DNA from: a virus
Virus record (IMG/VR): IMGVR_UViG_3300030616_000025
Span: 1 to 64,000 of that record
DNA: 64,000 nt
Reading direction: 5' to 3' (one strand)
The stretch's first letter is position 1. Each line of letters starts with the position of its first letter. Shown here piece after piece: positions 53,828-60,746 of the stretch. The notes beneath the pieces were generated by a model, which saw only the letters and a list, made by a program, of their open reading frames with translations, was not told the DNA's origin and did not search any database. The position numbers were made by a program, and so were the translations under genes.

Positions 53828-53985
53828 TGAAATACTGGGTAAAGAAAGCGGAGAAACACACGAAAATAATTATGGGACTGATAAAAAAGAAGCTTAGTAA
53901 GAAGGAACTCGAGGATAAAATATTTGAACAGATAGGATTTTACGAACACGAAATAAGGAGTAAACGCAATGAGAAATCTAAATAG
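53824..53985 (+). CDS. small basic protein (53 aa)
   Basis: ATGA overlap with the fibre gene. Below the track cut-off. Confidence 0.25.
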   Translation: MMKYWVKKAEKHTKIIMGLIKKKLSKKELEDKIFEQIGFYEHEIRSKRNEKSK

Positions 53986-54451
53986 GGATTTAAAGCCCGA
54001 TCCGGCATTGATGAGTATAATCGAGGCTATAATTGTGATGATTGTCATGCTTGGATTGTTTATGCCTGGATGTAGTATTTTTGGCGGGAACGAATCAGAC
54101 CCTTATGCCAAACCAATATCTAAATTAGAAACAGATTTAAAAACAGCAAAAAAAGAGATTGACAAAAGCAAAAAACAGCTTGAAAACATTACGGGTGATG
54201 TGTCTATGTTTGAGCAGAGATTCAGCAAAATAGAAAATATAATGACTAACATTCAGACGCAAGTCAGTGTTGTAAAAAGCGAAGCCAATCAATACAATGA
54301 ATCGATAACGAGAATCTTGTGGACGCTTGGTGGATTATATATACTGTTTCATATATTCAAATTTATAAGTATTATAGTAGCAGCAAAGTTTGCGCCGGGC
54401 AGTACGGTAAAAAATGTATTTACCTTGCCGTGGGAGAAACGAAATGGCTAA
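53969..54451 (+). CDS. membrane protein with N-terminal signal-like segment, coiled coil and C-terminal TMD (unimolecular-spanin-like layout)
   Basis: IIVMIVMLGLFMPGCS (non-canonical lipobox), coiled-coil middle, and C-terminal ILWTLGGLYILFHIFKFISIIVAAKFA. Confidence 0.35.
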   Translation: MRNLNRDLKPDPALMSIIEAIIVMIVMLGLFMPGCSIFGGNESDPYAKPISKLETDLKTAKKEIDKSKKQLENITGDVSMFEQRFSKIENIMTNIQTQVSVVKSEANQYNESITRILWTLGGLYILFHIFKFISIIVAAKFAPGSTVKNVFTLPWEKRNG

Positions 54452-54710
54452 CGGAGAAATGAGCGTAAAAGAAGCAATTGAAAATGAGATCGCGGGCATA
54501 GAAAAACCTTCCGTGGAATTGAGATGCATAAAACATCTTGCATCTGGGTTTGATAACTTAAAATGCGAAGCACACATGAAAGCCATAGAAAAGATACAAG
54601 AATTTCAGTCGCGCACGAAGGGTGGAATTATTGCATTGTCCATTCTCATAGGTGGCGGGCTTCTCGGTTTGATATGGGCGATAATTAAAGGATTAACGCA
54701 ATGGCTGTGA
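54444..54710 (+). CDS. tail-anchored small membrane protein
   Basis: Single C-terminal TMD GGIIALSILIGGGLLGLIWAII. This start overlaps the upstream ORF by 8 nt. Confidence 0.4.
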   Translation: MANGEMSVKEAIENEIAGIEKPSVELRCIKHLASGFDNLKCEAHMKAIEKIQEFQSRTKGGIIALSILIGGGLLGLIWAIIKGLTQWL

Positions 54711-55123
54711 CTACATATTCCGGGCTGAACAAACCGTCAGACGGTCAAGAGAATGCCGGGGAAGATTACAATGATAACATGGACGTTCTGGACGGTGTAT
54801 CCAGAATAGAGCTGACGTGCGGTGAAGCGTTAACGCAATACTATCTCGGGTATATAGCATCGGACGGAAAAGCATATCAGGCTGATAACTCCGCAACTGA
54901 TTCCGCAGAAGCTGTCGGGTTCATAAAGGAAACGACTGCCGCGGAAAGTGACGAATACTTTATCCGTAACGGTGTCATTACAAACGGCGCATGGAGCTTC
55001 ACAAAGGGACAGCCGGTATACGTAGGCACAGGCGGGGGAATAACCCAGACAGAACCCGGAATCAGCCGCAGGGTCGGTATAGCAATGGACACTACAAAAC
55101 TCATAGTAAATATTACATGGTAA
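54701..55123 (+). CDS. paralog of the tail-fibre N-terminal domain
   Basis: LNKPSDGQENAGEDYNDNMDVLD...YLGYIASDGKAYQADNS...GQPVYVGTGGGITQTEP aligns block for block with 52130-52560. Confidence 0.5.
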   Translation: MAVTTYSGLNKPSDGQENAGEDYNDNMDVLDGVSRIELTCGEALTQYYLGYIASDGKAYQADNSATDSAEAVGFIKETTAAESDEYFIRNGVITNGAWSFTKGQPVYVGTGGGITQTEPGISRRVGIAMDTTKLIVNITW

Positions 55124-55137
55124 TTTTACGAATTTAC

Positions 55138-55165
55138 TTGACAAAACGCAGATAAAGCATATAAT
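55138..55165 (+). promoter_or_regulatory. sigma70-type promoter P3 (TTGACA-N16-TATAAT)
   Basis: -35 at 55138-55143 and -10 at 55160-55165. Confidence 0.6.
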
Positions 55166-55210
55166 ACACTATGTTTACCGTTAATTATTGTCAAGCAAGA
55201 AAGGAAATCT

Positions 55211-55651
55211 ATGATTAAATCAAGGAACATTAGTGTTATGATAAAGAATATGTGTTGCAATTTTGCACACAATAAATGTCTTGGCGCTACATGGAAACCA
55301 CAAGAAGACGACCCGGAATATAAGCATTTTGTGTTTAATAAAACTGACGATTGCATAATCAAGAAAGGAAAAAGATGCATACATTTTGAAAATACCATAC
55401 TTCCTGTCATAAAAAAAGAAAATAACAAAAGAGCGTTAAAACAGTATCTATCAAAACTGGATATACCGGATAGAGAAAAAGATGTGATAATCGGAACGCT
55501 GACAGACAATACTTGCAATCAATGCGGCACACCTATAGGCTCAAGAAAAAAGTACTGCTATAAATGCTCAAATATCCGTAGAAAAAAATCAAAAAACACC
55601 TATCAAAAACAGTATATGCGAGAAACCCGGAAAGAACCGTCAGCCTGTTAG
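55211..55651 (+). CDS. Cys-rich protein (Cys_rich_VLP-like) with a basic zinc-ribbon tail
   Basis: CCNFAHNKCLG...DDCIIKKGKRCIHFENTILP, then CNQCG...CYKC. Confidence 0.45.
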   Translation: MIKSRNISVMIKNMCCNFAHNKCLGATWKPQEDDPEYKHFVFNKTDDCIIKKGKRCIHFENTILPVIKKENNKRALKQYLSKLDIPDREKDVIIGTLTDNTCNQCGTPIGSRKKYCYKCSNIRRKKSKNTYQKQYMRETRKEPSAC

Positions 55652-56164
55652 TACAAACAAGCTATTTTTTGTCGTCATAACTCATTGAAAATTAACAAGT
55701 TAATTTTTTGAAAAATTCCAACCTATACCATAGTACTATTTTGCAATATATCGCATATTGTTTGTACTAACAGAATACATGTATATCGTATATAATAACG
55801 CTTATTGTAATTCCTGTTTTTCTTATCTTCTTATAAGAAGTAATTACTATTCCTCACGTATTATTCAATAATCTTAGATTGTTTATCTATACTTCTTATT
55901 TTCATAAAAGGTTTTCTGTATTACAAGATATATCTCTAATATCATGTATTCAGAATATGATAGTAGTATATTACTATCTATTGGTATTTACTAACTATTG
56001 TTTATATTAACAAGTATATATATAATATATATCTTAAAGAAAAGAAGAAATACTATGTAAAAAGAAAAAGCAAGTGTAACGGTGAACACTGAAAGGTGGA
56101 AAAGAATGTCAATACTTATCTGTAACTATCGACAATTCGTTTCAAGAAAAATTATTTTTTTCTC
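55645..56164. other. AT-rich repeat-bearing intergenic region, candidate replication origin
   Basis: No ORF. 16-bp inverted repeat CTGTTAGTACAAACAA at 55645-55660 and 55758-55773, 14-bp palindrome CTTCTTATAAGAAG at 55827-55840, ATTACTAT at 55843-55850 and 55970-55977, and a TA-alternating tract near 56015-56036. A helicase gene follows. Confidence 0.4.
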
Positions 56165-56192
56165 TTGACTAAAACAGAAAACGAAATATAAT
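56165..56192 (+). promoter_or_regulatory. sigma70-type promoter P4 (TTGACT-N16-TATAAT)
   Basis: -35 at 56165-56170 and -10 at 56187-56192. Confidence 0.55.
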
Positions 56193-56276
56193 AACAATCC
56201 ATAAGCCGGGCAGAGCTGTGTTTTCTTAATCACTCTCTTCCGCATGGCTCTGTTCGGCGCTTTTAAAGGAAGAGAC

Positions 56277-57641
56277 ATGGATGTACAAGCTGAACGGGAC
56301 GCGAACCTAACATTTCTATACGGGATAAAGGTCAGAAAAGACCTGCTCATCCGGGGAATTAAAACAGTCAAAAACAAATTTCTGATGACAGAATACCGGG
56401 CGATGTATTACGCATTCCAGATTACATATGCTGAAACAAAAACCCATATAGACAGCGCGGAAATGTTCGACAGGATAGTTGACACCATAGACAGGATACA
56501 GAACAAGCAGGAAATAAAAGACCAGTTCCTGGATGTATTCATGATTGGTAAATTCAGCGAAGAAATGTTCGAGCATTCAATACACACGATTCTTGAAGGA
56601 TACAAGCAAAGGATAACGGAAGATTTTAAAAAGGGATTATTGAGAACAAAAACAGTCTCGGAAGTAGAGAAAAAAATAGTTGACTACAAGCATGAGCTTG
56701 AACATGCAGGGGATGACGGAGCGCCTAAGACAATGGCGCAAATGAGCACTACATTATTGGACGAATATGAAGACGAAGATTACTATACATACAGCACTTC
56801 GATTGAATCACTGGACGCAGTATTGGGTGGACTGCAAAAGGGACAGTTCTATCTCGTAGCCGGATACACGAATGACGGCAAGACGATACTCACAAAACAA
56901 ATGATATGGAAATCGATTTTGGCGGGGCATAAAATATTATGGGTACAGCTTGAAGGCACGGAAAGAGAGACAAGAGAAATGTTCGCTTGCAGTCTTGCGC
57001 ATGAGATAGGGTGCGGAACAATAACGAGCGAGAAAATACGGACACGAAGCATACCGAAAGAGTACTGGGAAAAGTATATTGAGATAAAAGATTACATGGC
57101 AAAAATGGATAACTTCGTATTGATACGTCCGCGGAAAAAATACACAATAACAGATTTAGAAAATGACATCGACAGAATGAAGCAGGGGAAAGGAATAGAA
57201 ATAGTTGTCGTTGATTATCTTGAATTGCTATACGCAGAAAACAATGATGATTACAGACTGCGCATGAAACAGCTTGCAATGAGAGCGGAAAATATATCAA
57301 CTACCAGAGATGTATGTTTTATAAGCCCGTGGCAAATCAATAGAGACGGCAGGGCGAATGCGGAAAAGAGGGCAAAGAAAAAACGCAAGGGGGAACCGCC
57401 GGTAGAAAAGCATTACAAAACATACGATCTGCAAGAAAGTAGTGCTTTGGAACAATGCGCGAAAGCTGTGATTTGGGTATATTCTGATGATGACTTGAGA
57501 GAACAGCAACAGATAAGAATAGGAATTAGCAAAGCGAAAGTTTCAGACAATCCATTAGAGACAGGATTCATTTGTCGCACTGACTTTAATCATTGTAGAA
57601 TCTATCAGAATGAGCATGATAACGTAGGAATTCCGTTCTAA
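56277..57641 (+). CDS. dnaB: DnaB-family replicative helicase
   Basis: GQFYLVAGYTNDGKT (Walker A), IVVVDYLELL (Walker B), FISPWQINRDG (SQLNR-type motif). The ATG at 56277 follows AAAGGAAGAG; the alternative start is 56244. Confidence 0.85.
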   Translation: MDVQAERDANLTFLYGIKVRKDLLIRGIKTVKNKFLMTEYRAMYYAFQITYAETKTHIDSAEMFDRIVDTIDRIQNKQEIKDQFLDVFMIGKFSEEMFEHSIHTILEGYKQRITEDFKKGLLRTKTVSEVEKKIVDYKHELEHAGDDGAPKTMAQMSTTLLDEYEDEDYYTYSTSIESLDAVLGGLQKGQFYLVAGYTNDGKTILTKQMIWKSILAGHKILWVQLEGTERETREMFACSLAHEIGCGTITSEKIRTRSIPKEYWEKYIEIKDYMAKMDNFVLIRPRKKYTITDLENDIDRMKQGKGIEIVVVDYLELLYAENNDDYRLRMKQLAMRAENISTTRDVCFISPWQINRDGRANAEKRAKKKRKGEPPVEKHYKTYDLQESSALEQCAKAVIWVYSDDDLREQQQIRIGISKAKVSDNPLETGFICRTDFNHCRIYQNEHDNVGIPF

Positions 57642-57730
57642 ACCTAAATATTTTTAATATATTAACCCATTGAAATATAAAGACTTATGAAAAACGGGGT
57701 AAAAAAAGTAAAATAAATCATAAAAAAAAC

Positions 57731-57758
57731 TTGACATTCTAAAATAATATGTCATAAT
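57731..57758 (+). promoter_or_regulatory. sigma70-type promoter P5 (TTGACA-N16-CATAAT)
   Basis: -35 at 57731-57736 and -10 at 57753-57758. Confidence 0.55.
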
Positions 57759-57783
57759 ATACAGTAGAAAAGATATGAATTAT

Positions 57784-57913
57784 GAGAGAGAAACAGACAA
57801 TCGAAACGAAAAAAACACAAGGCCGGGGCGTGGTGACTTCAGGGCGGATGTCCGTCACTGTTTCTCTCTCCATCCACAAACCGGCCACCATTTTTTTTTA
57901 AAGGAGAGAGAAG
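57784..57913 (+). ncRNA. structured leader or small RNA with an anti-SD element and a T9 run
   Basis: GAGAGAGAAACAG (57784-57796) is the perfect complement of CTGTTTCTCTCTC (57858-57870). TTCTCTCTCC (57862-57871) is also the perfect complement of the SD GGAGAGAGAA at 57903-57912. GGCCGG and CCGGCC lie at 57821-57826 and 57881-57886, and nine T at 57891-57899. Confidence 0.4.
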
Positions 57914-58099
57914 ATGGACGAAATGACGTATAGAATTGAAGAAAACGAATGTCATTTAACCCTTATCACAAAAGGCAATGGCAATGAAGGAATTTGCAAG
58001 CGTATGCGTAAGGAATATATCAAGGATGGGTGCAAGCAGGATTTCATTAAAAATTGGGAAGCGGAAATGAAGGAATACGGATACAAACCTTGTCAATAA
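57914..58099 (+). CDS. hypothetical protein
   Basis: AAAGGAGAGAGAAG upstream. Confidence 0.45.
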   Translation: MDEMTYRIEENECHLTLITKGNGNEGICKRMRKEYIKDGCKQDFIKNWEAEMKEYGYKPCQ

Positions 58100-58111
58100 A
58101 GGAGAGAGAAA

Positions 58112-58669
58112 ATGAGCAAGACAAGAAACGCGGAAGAGTTTAAGAAATCGGATTACAGGCATAGTCCGTTACCGTGGCAAACAAGTGATGTGCTAATGTG
58201 GACTATTATTGATAAGGATAATTTATCCGTTGTGCAAGTGACAAACGGAAACAGAGAGGAGCGTAAGGCAAACGCCGAATTTATTGTTGAGGCCTGCAAT
58301 GAGCATTGGAGACTAAAGGCAGAAAGCGAATCTGCGGAGAAAACAATAAACGCCAGAAATGAATTGATAGGAGAGCTGCAAGCGGAGAATGAGGAGTTGA
58401 AGAGGGATAGGTGCGAACACTGTGGAACAAAGCTGAATTTAGACGGGTGCCTTCTTTGCGGTGCTCCTGTCTGCTGTCCCCATTGTTGTCAAATTACGTC
58501 GTTTGAAATGGAGATAGAAAAGCTCGAACAGCAGAACAAGGAGCTTGTGGAGGCTCTTGAAAACTACATAAATGCCAAATCACGACCACATGGAATAAAA
58601 AACCCAAACGAAATCGAGAGAACTTGGTTCGAATTGTTAAATGCAATCAAAAAAGCGAAAGGAGAATAA
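58112..58669 (+). CDS. mosaic coiled-coil protein (SPLPW domain, Cys cluster, KKAKGE tail; Ea22-like architecture)
   Basis: HSPLPW...ANAEFIVEACN, LQAENEELK, LEQQNKELVEALE. Ends IKKAKGE. Confidence 0.5.
   Translation: MSKTRNAEEFKKSDYRHSPLPWQTSDVLMWTIIDKDNLSVVQVTNGNREERKANAEFIVEACNEHWRLKAESESAEKTINARNELIGELQAENEELKRDRCEHCGTKLNLDGCLLCGAPVCCPHCCQITSFEMEIEKLEQQNKELVEALENYINAKSRPHGIKNPNEIERTWFELLNAIKKAKGE
58646..58669 (+). repeat. junction repeat ATCAAAAAAGCGAAAGGAGAATAA, copy 1
   Basis: Encodes the (I)KKAKGE stop and carries the SD for the next gene. Confidence 0.8.
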
Positions 58670-58670
58670 C

Positions 58671-59138
58671 ATGGAAAAAGAGAAGAAAGCGGAGCATAGT
58701 CCGTTGCCGTGGCATACCGACAGAGAGAGGGCTTTTATATGGGGGCAAGATAAAGAACACGGAGAAATGATTGCAGAGATTAGAAATTGGGGATATTTAA
58801 CGTCAGTTATGAATTTAACGGAAGAGGAAGCGGTCACAGTACAGTACGCTAATGCAGAGTTTATCGTTAAAGCCTGTAATAATTATTATGATCTACAGAA
58901 AGCACTTGAGCACAGAATGGAAGAAGTCGAAAAGTTGAAAGAGCAGAATAAAAACCTAAACAAATTCGACAAAGAAAATTGTGCAAGAATGGAAGAACAG
59001 GACAGGATTCTTAAAAAGCTGAAAGCGGAGAATACGGAGCTTGTGGAGCTAATCAAATTATGTGACAAAGAAAAGGATGAATTAAGAATGCAATTGGCAG
59101 ATGCATATAAAGAGATCAAAAAAGCGAAAGGAGAATAA
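58671..59138 (+). CDS. mosaic coiled-coil protein (SPLPW domain, KKAKGE tail)
   Basis: HSPLPW...ANAEFIVKACN, NTELVELIK. Ends IKKAKGE. The start follows the shared GGAGAATAAC. Confidence 0.5.
   Translation: MEKEKKAEHSPLPWHTDRERAFIWGQDKEHGEMIAEIRNWGYLTSVMNLTEEEAVTVQYANAEFIVKACNNYYDLQKALEHRMEEVEKLKEQNKNLNKFDKENCARMEEQDRILKKLKAENTELVELIKLCDKEKDELRMQLADAYKEIKKAKGE
59115..59138 (+). repeat. junction repeat, copy 2
   Basis: Identical 24-mer. Confidence 0.8.
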
Positions 59139-59140
59139 AG

Positions 59141-59422
59141 ATGAGCGAAGCAAAAAGATATGATCACCAAATTTGCGAAGAGTATGCCGGAGATGCAGAA
59201 TGCCCCGGTATGGTTGAGTCGGAGGATGGCGAATATGTGGAGTATAAAGATTATGAAGCACTGCAAGCGGAGAATGAGGAGTCGAAGGCCCTTATTAAAG
59301 GTTATAAGGAGCTTGTGGAGTTACTTGAGAAGTATGAATTAAAAACTTGCGCTATACCAGATGAAGAATTTCAAGAGATGAATCGCAAGGTCAGAGCAAT
59401 CAAAAAAGCGAAAGGAAAATAA
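59141..59422 (+). CDS. mosaic coiled-coil protein (KKAKGK tail)
   Basis: EALQAENEESK, KELVELLE. Ends IKKAKGK. Confidence 0.5.
   Translation: MSEAKRYDHQICEEYAGDAECPGMVESEDGEYVEYKDYEALQAENEESKALIKGYKELVELLEKYELKTCAIPDEEFQEMNRKVRAIKKAKGK
59399..59422 (+). repeat. junction repeat, copy 3 (one mismatch)
   Basis: ATCAAAAAAGCGAAAGGAAAATAA. Confidence 0.75.
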
Positions 59423-59464
59423 ATGCGCCTCTGGCACTACAAACTAATACCGATACTTGACAGA
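59423..59464 (+). pseudogene. 14-codon 5' remnant of a pyrimidine-dimer-glycosylase-like (TIGR02328-type) gene
   Basis: Encodes MRLWHYKLIPILDR, identical to the start of the gene at 60347. After this the frame runs into unrelated sequence and stops at 59530. Confidence 0.55.
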
Positions 59465-59529
59465 AAAAAAATTATTTTTGTTTGCAATTTGGGAAAAAAT
59501 ATGTCATTATTAAAGCGGAGATCGAGATA

Positions 59530-59631
59530 ATGATATATAGATTTAACTCTGTTGGCAGAATCCTTTTCGGCAATTATCGCCGTCTCGGTCTCCTTCTGTC
59601 AACAGAGTTTTTATTTGGAGATCGAGAATGA
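59530..59631 (+). CDS. leader ORF (33 aa) coupled to the HNH gene
   Basis: Preceded by GGAGATCGAGATA-ATG. Its TGA overlaps the HNH ATG. May be regulatory only. Confidence 0.3.
   Translation: MIYRFNSVGRILFGNYRRLGLLLSTEFLFGDRE
59545..59616 (+). terminator. long-stem terminator/attenuator-like hairpin upstream of the HNH gene
   Basis: AACTCTGTTGGCAG (59545-59558) pairs with CTGTCAACAGAGTT (59596-59609) over 14 bp with one G-U pair. TTTTTATTT follows. Confidence 0.4.
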
Positions 59632-60347
59632 ATAAAATTAACAACAATCTCAAATACGGAAAAAATTGTATAGGGCAAACGGTTATAAACAATTATGGTG
59701 AAACCGGATTAATTGTTGATATGTACACAGAGACAGATAATCACAAAAAATGTATGGTAAAAATAATGTATCCCGACGGAACTTGGCATTGTAGGGAAAA
59801 ACATTTTGTTAATATTGGATCGTTTAAAAAGCCTTATAAATTCGACTTAAAAGAAGATCTTAAAAATGGATTCAAACCTGTTTATGGATGGGAGGATTAT
59901 TATATTATAAATAAATATGGGGTTATAAAAACAATATTTGGAAAACACAAGGGAAAAATAAAAAGACAAAGTAATCGGTGGAAATACAGTTCTTACAGAA
60001 AATCTCAAGTATATAAAAACCCTTATAAAGCTATTTGTTTGTATAAGAGGGGTAAAGAAACAAGAAAAAATAGATTGGTTCATACTATTATGGTGGAGAC
60101 ATTTATTCGGACGCTCAAAAAAGGAGAGCAGGTAAATCATATAAATGGCATTTCATCAGATAACAGACTTATAAATCTTGAAATTGTCAATAGACAAAAT
60201 AATAATAAAAAATATAGGGATTTTGGTTTTCTTAGCGAAGAAGAAATAAAAAAACTTGATAATTTCTGCTGGGATAACAATATGAACTATAAAGAGGCTA
60301 TTCATTGTTTTGTGAAGTCTTTTTTAACAAAGGAGGTGATGCTATAA
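59628..60347 (+). CDS. HNH homing endonuclease (NUMOD4-like N-terminus plus HNH_3-like core)
   Basis: YGWEDYYIINKYGVIKT and LVHTIMVETFI...GEQVNHINGISSDNRLINLEIV. Confidence 0.8.
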   Translation: MNKINNNLKYGKNCIGQTVINNYGETGLIVDMYTETDNHKKCMVKIMYPDGTWHCREKHFVNIGSFKKPYKFDLKEDLKNGFKPVYGWEDYYIINKYGVIKTIFGKHKGKIKRQSNRWKYSSYRKSQVYKNPYKAICLYKRGKETRKNRLVHTIMVETFIRTLKKGEQVNHINGISSDNRLINLEIVNRQNNNKKYRDFGFLSEEEIKKLDNFCWDNNMNYKEAIHCFVKSFLTKEVML

Positions 60348-60746
60348 TGAGGCTCTGGCATTATAAATTAATACCTATATTGGATAGACAAAGGTTGCTG
60401 GGGCAGCATTGACTGTCTTAGAGAATGCTGTGCGCTTAGGGGAAACGGTTGGGGGAGGAAACATTCTACTGTTGATTATGTGTTTGAGCACAAGTATTGC
60501 TTGCTTGTCAATTATCACTGGAATGTGATTGCGGAAATGGTTGCACGTGGATATAATTACAATAGATTGTGGGACAGTTATATATACAGGGGTAAAAATT
60601 GCAAGGTTCGCACTGATGATAGATCGCTTGTTCCTCAATATCATTACCCCGAACATGACGAAGAATATCTAACTGAATGTAAAGAACTGCTGATCGAAAA
60701 AGACCCGGATTTTTACAAACCACTTTTTGAAGGAGCAAAGAAATGA
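60347..60746 (+). pseudogene. pyrimidine-dimer DNA glycosylase-like gene (TIGR02328/Pyr_excise-like) interrupted by a 10-nt insertion
   Basis: Frame A gives MRLWHYKLIPILDRQRLLGQH then a stop at 60410. A second frame from 60420 gives RECCALRGNGWGRKHSTVDYVFEH... to 60746. Deleting 60410-60419 restores the contiguous GQHRECCALRG block. Confidence 0.65.

Larger units (their letters stand above)
59465..60346 (+). mobile_element. free-standing HNH homing-endonuclease cassette
   Basis: Bounded by two copies of the same 14 codons that differ only at synonymous sites. Contains a structured leader and the HNH ORF. Confidence 0.55.

Noticed and set aside
59455-59490. TTGACA hexamer at 59455-59460 as a seventh promoter.
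   Set aside because: It arises from the Leu-Asp-Arg codons of the gene stub. No TATAAT-like hexamer lies 16-18 bp downstream.
59465-60346. Group I intron carrying the HNH ORF inside the glycosylase-like gene.
   Set aside because: The downstream segment restarts with its own SD and ATG and repeats the first 14 codons instead of continuing from them. I could not recognise P3/P7-type conserved core pairings by eye. A free-standing cassette fits better, but this should be tested with an intron covariance model.
60404-60422. prfB-style +1 programmed frameshift at CAU UGA C with an upstream G-rich element.
   Set aside because: I am not adopting it as the main interpretation. Re-pairing of tRNA-His on AUU would be poor, and the product would carry three extra residues (DCL) inside a normally contiguous motif. 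It is kept as an alternative under the 10-nt insertion finding.
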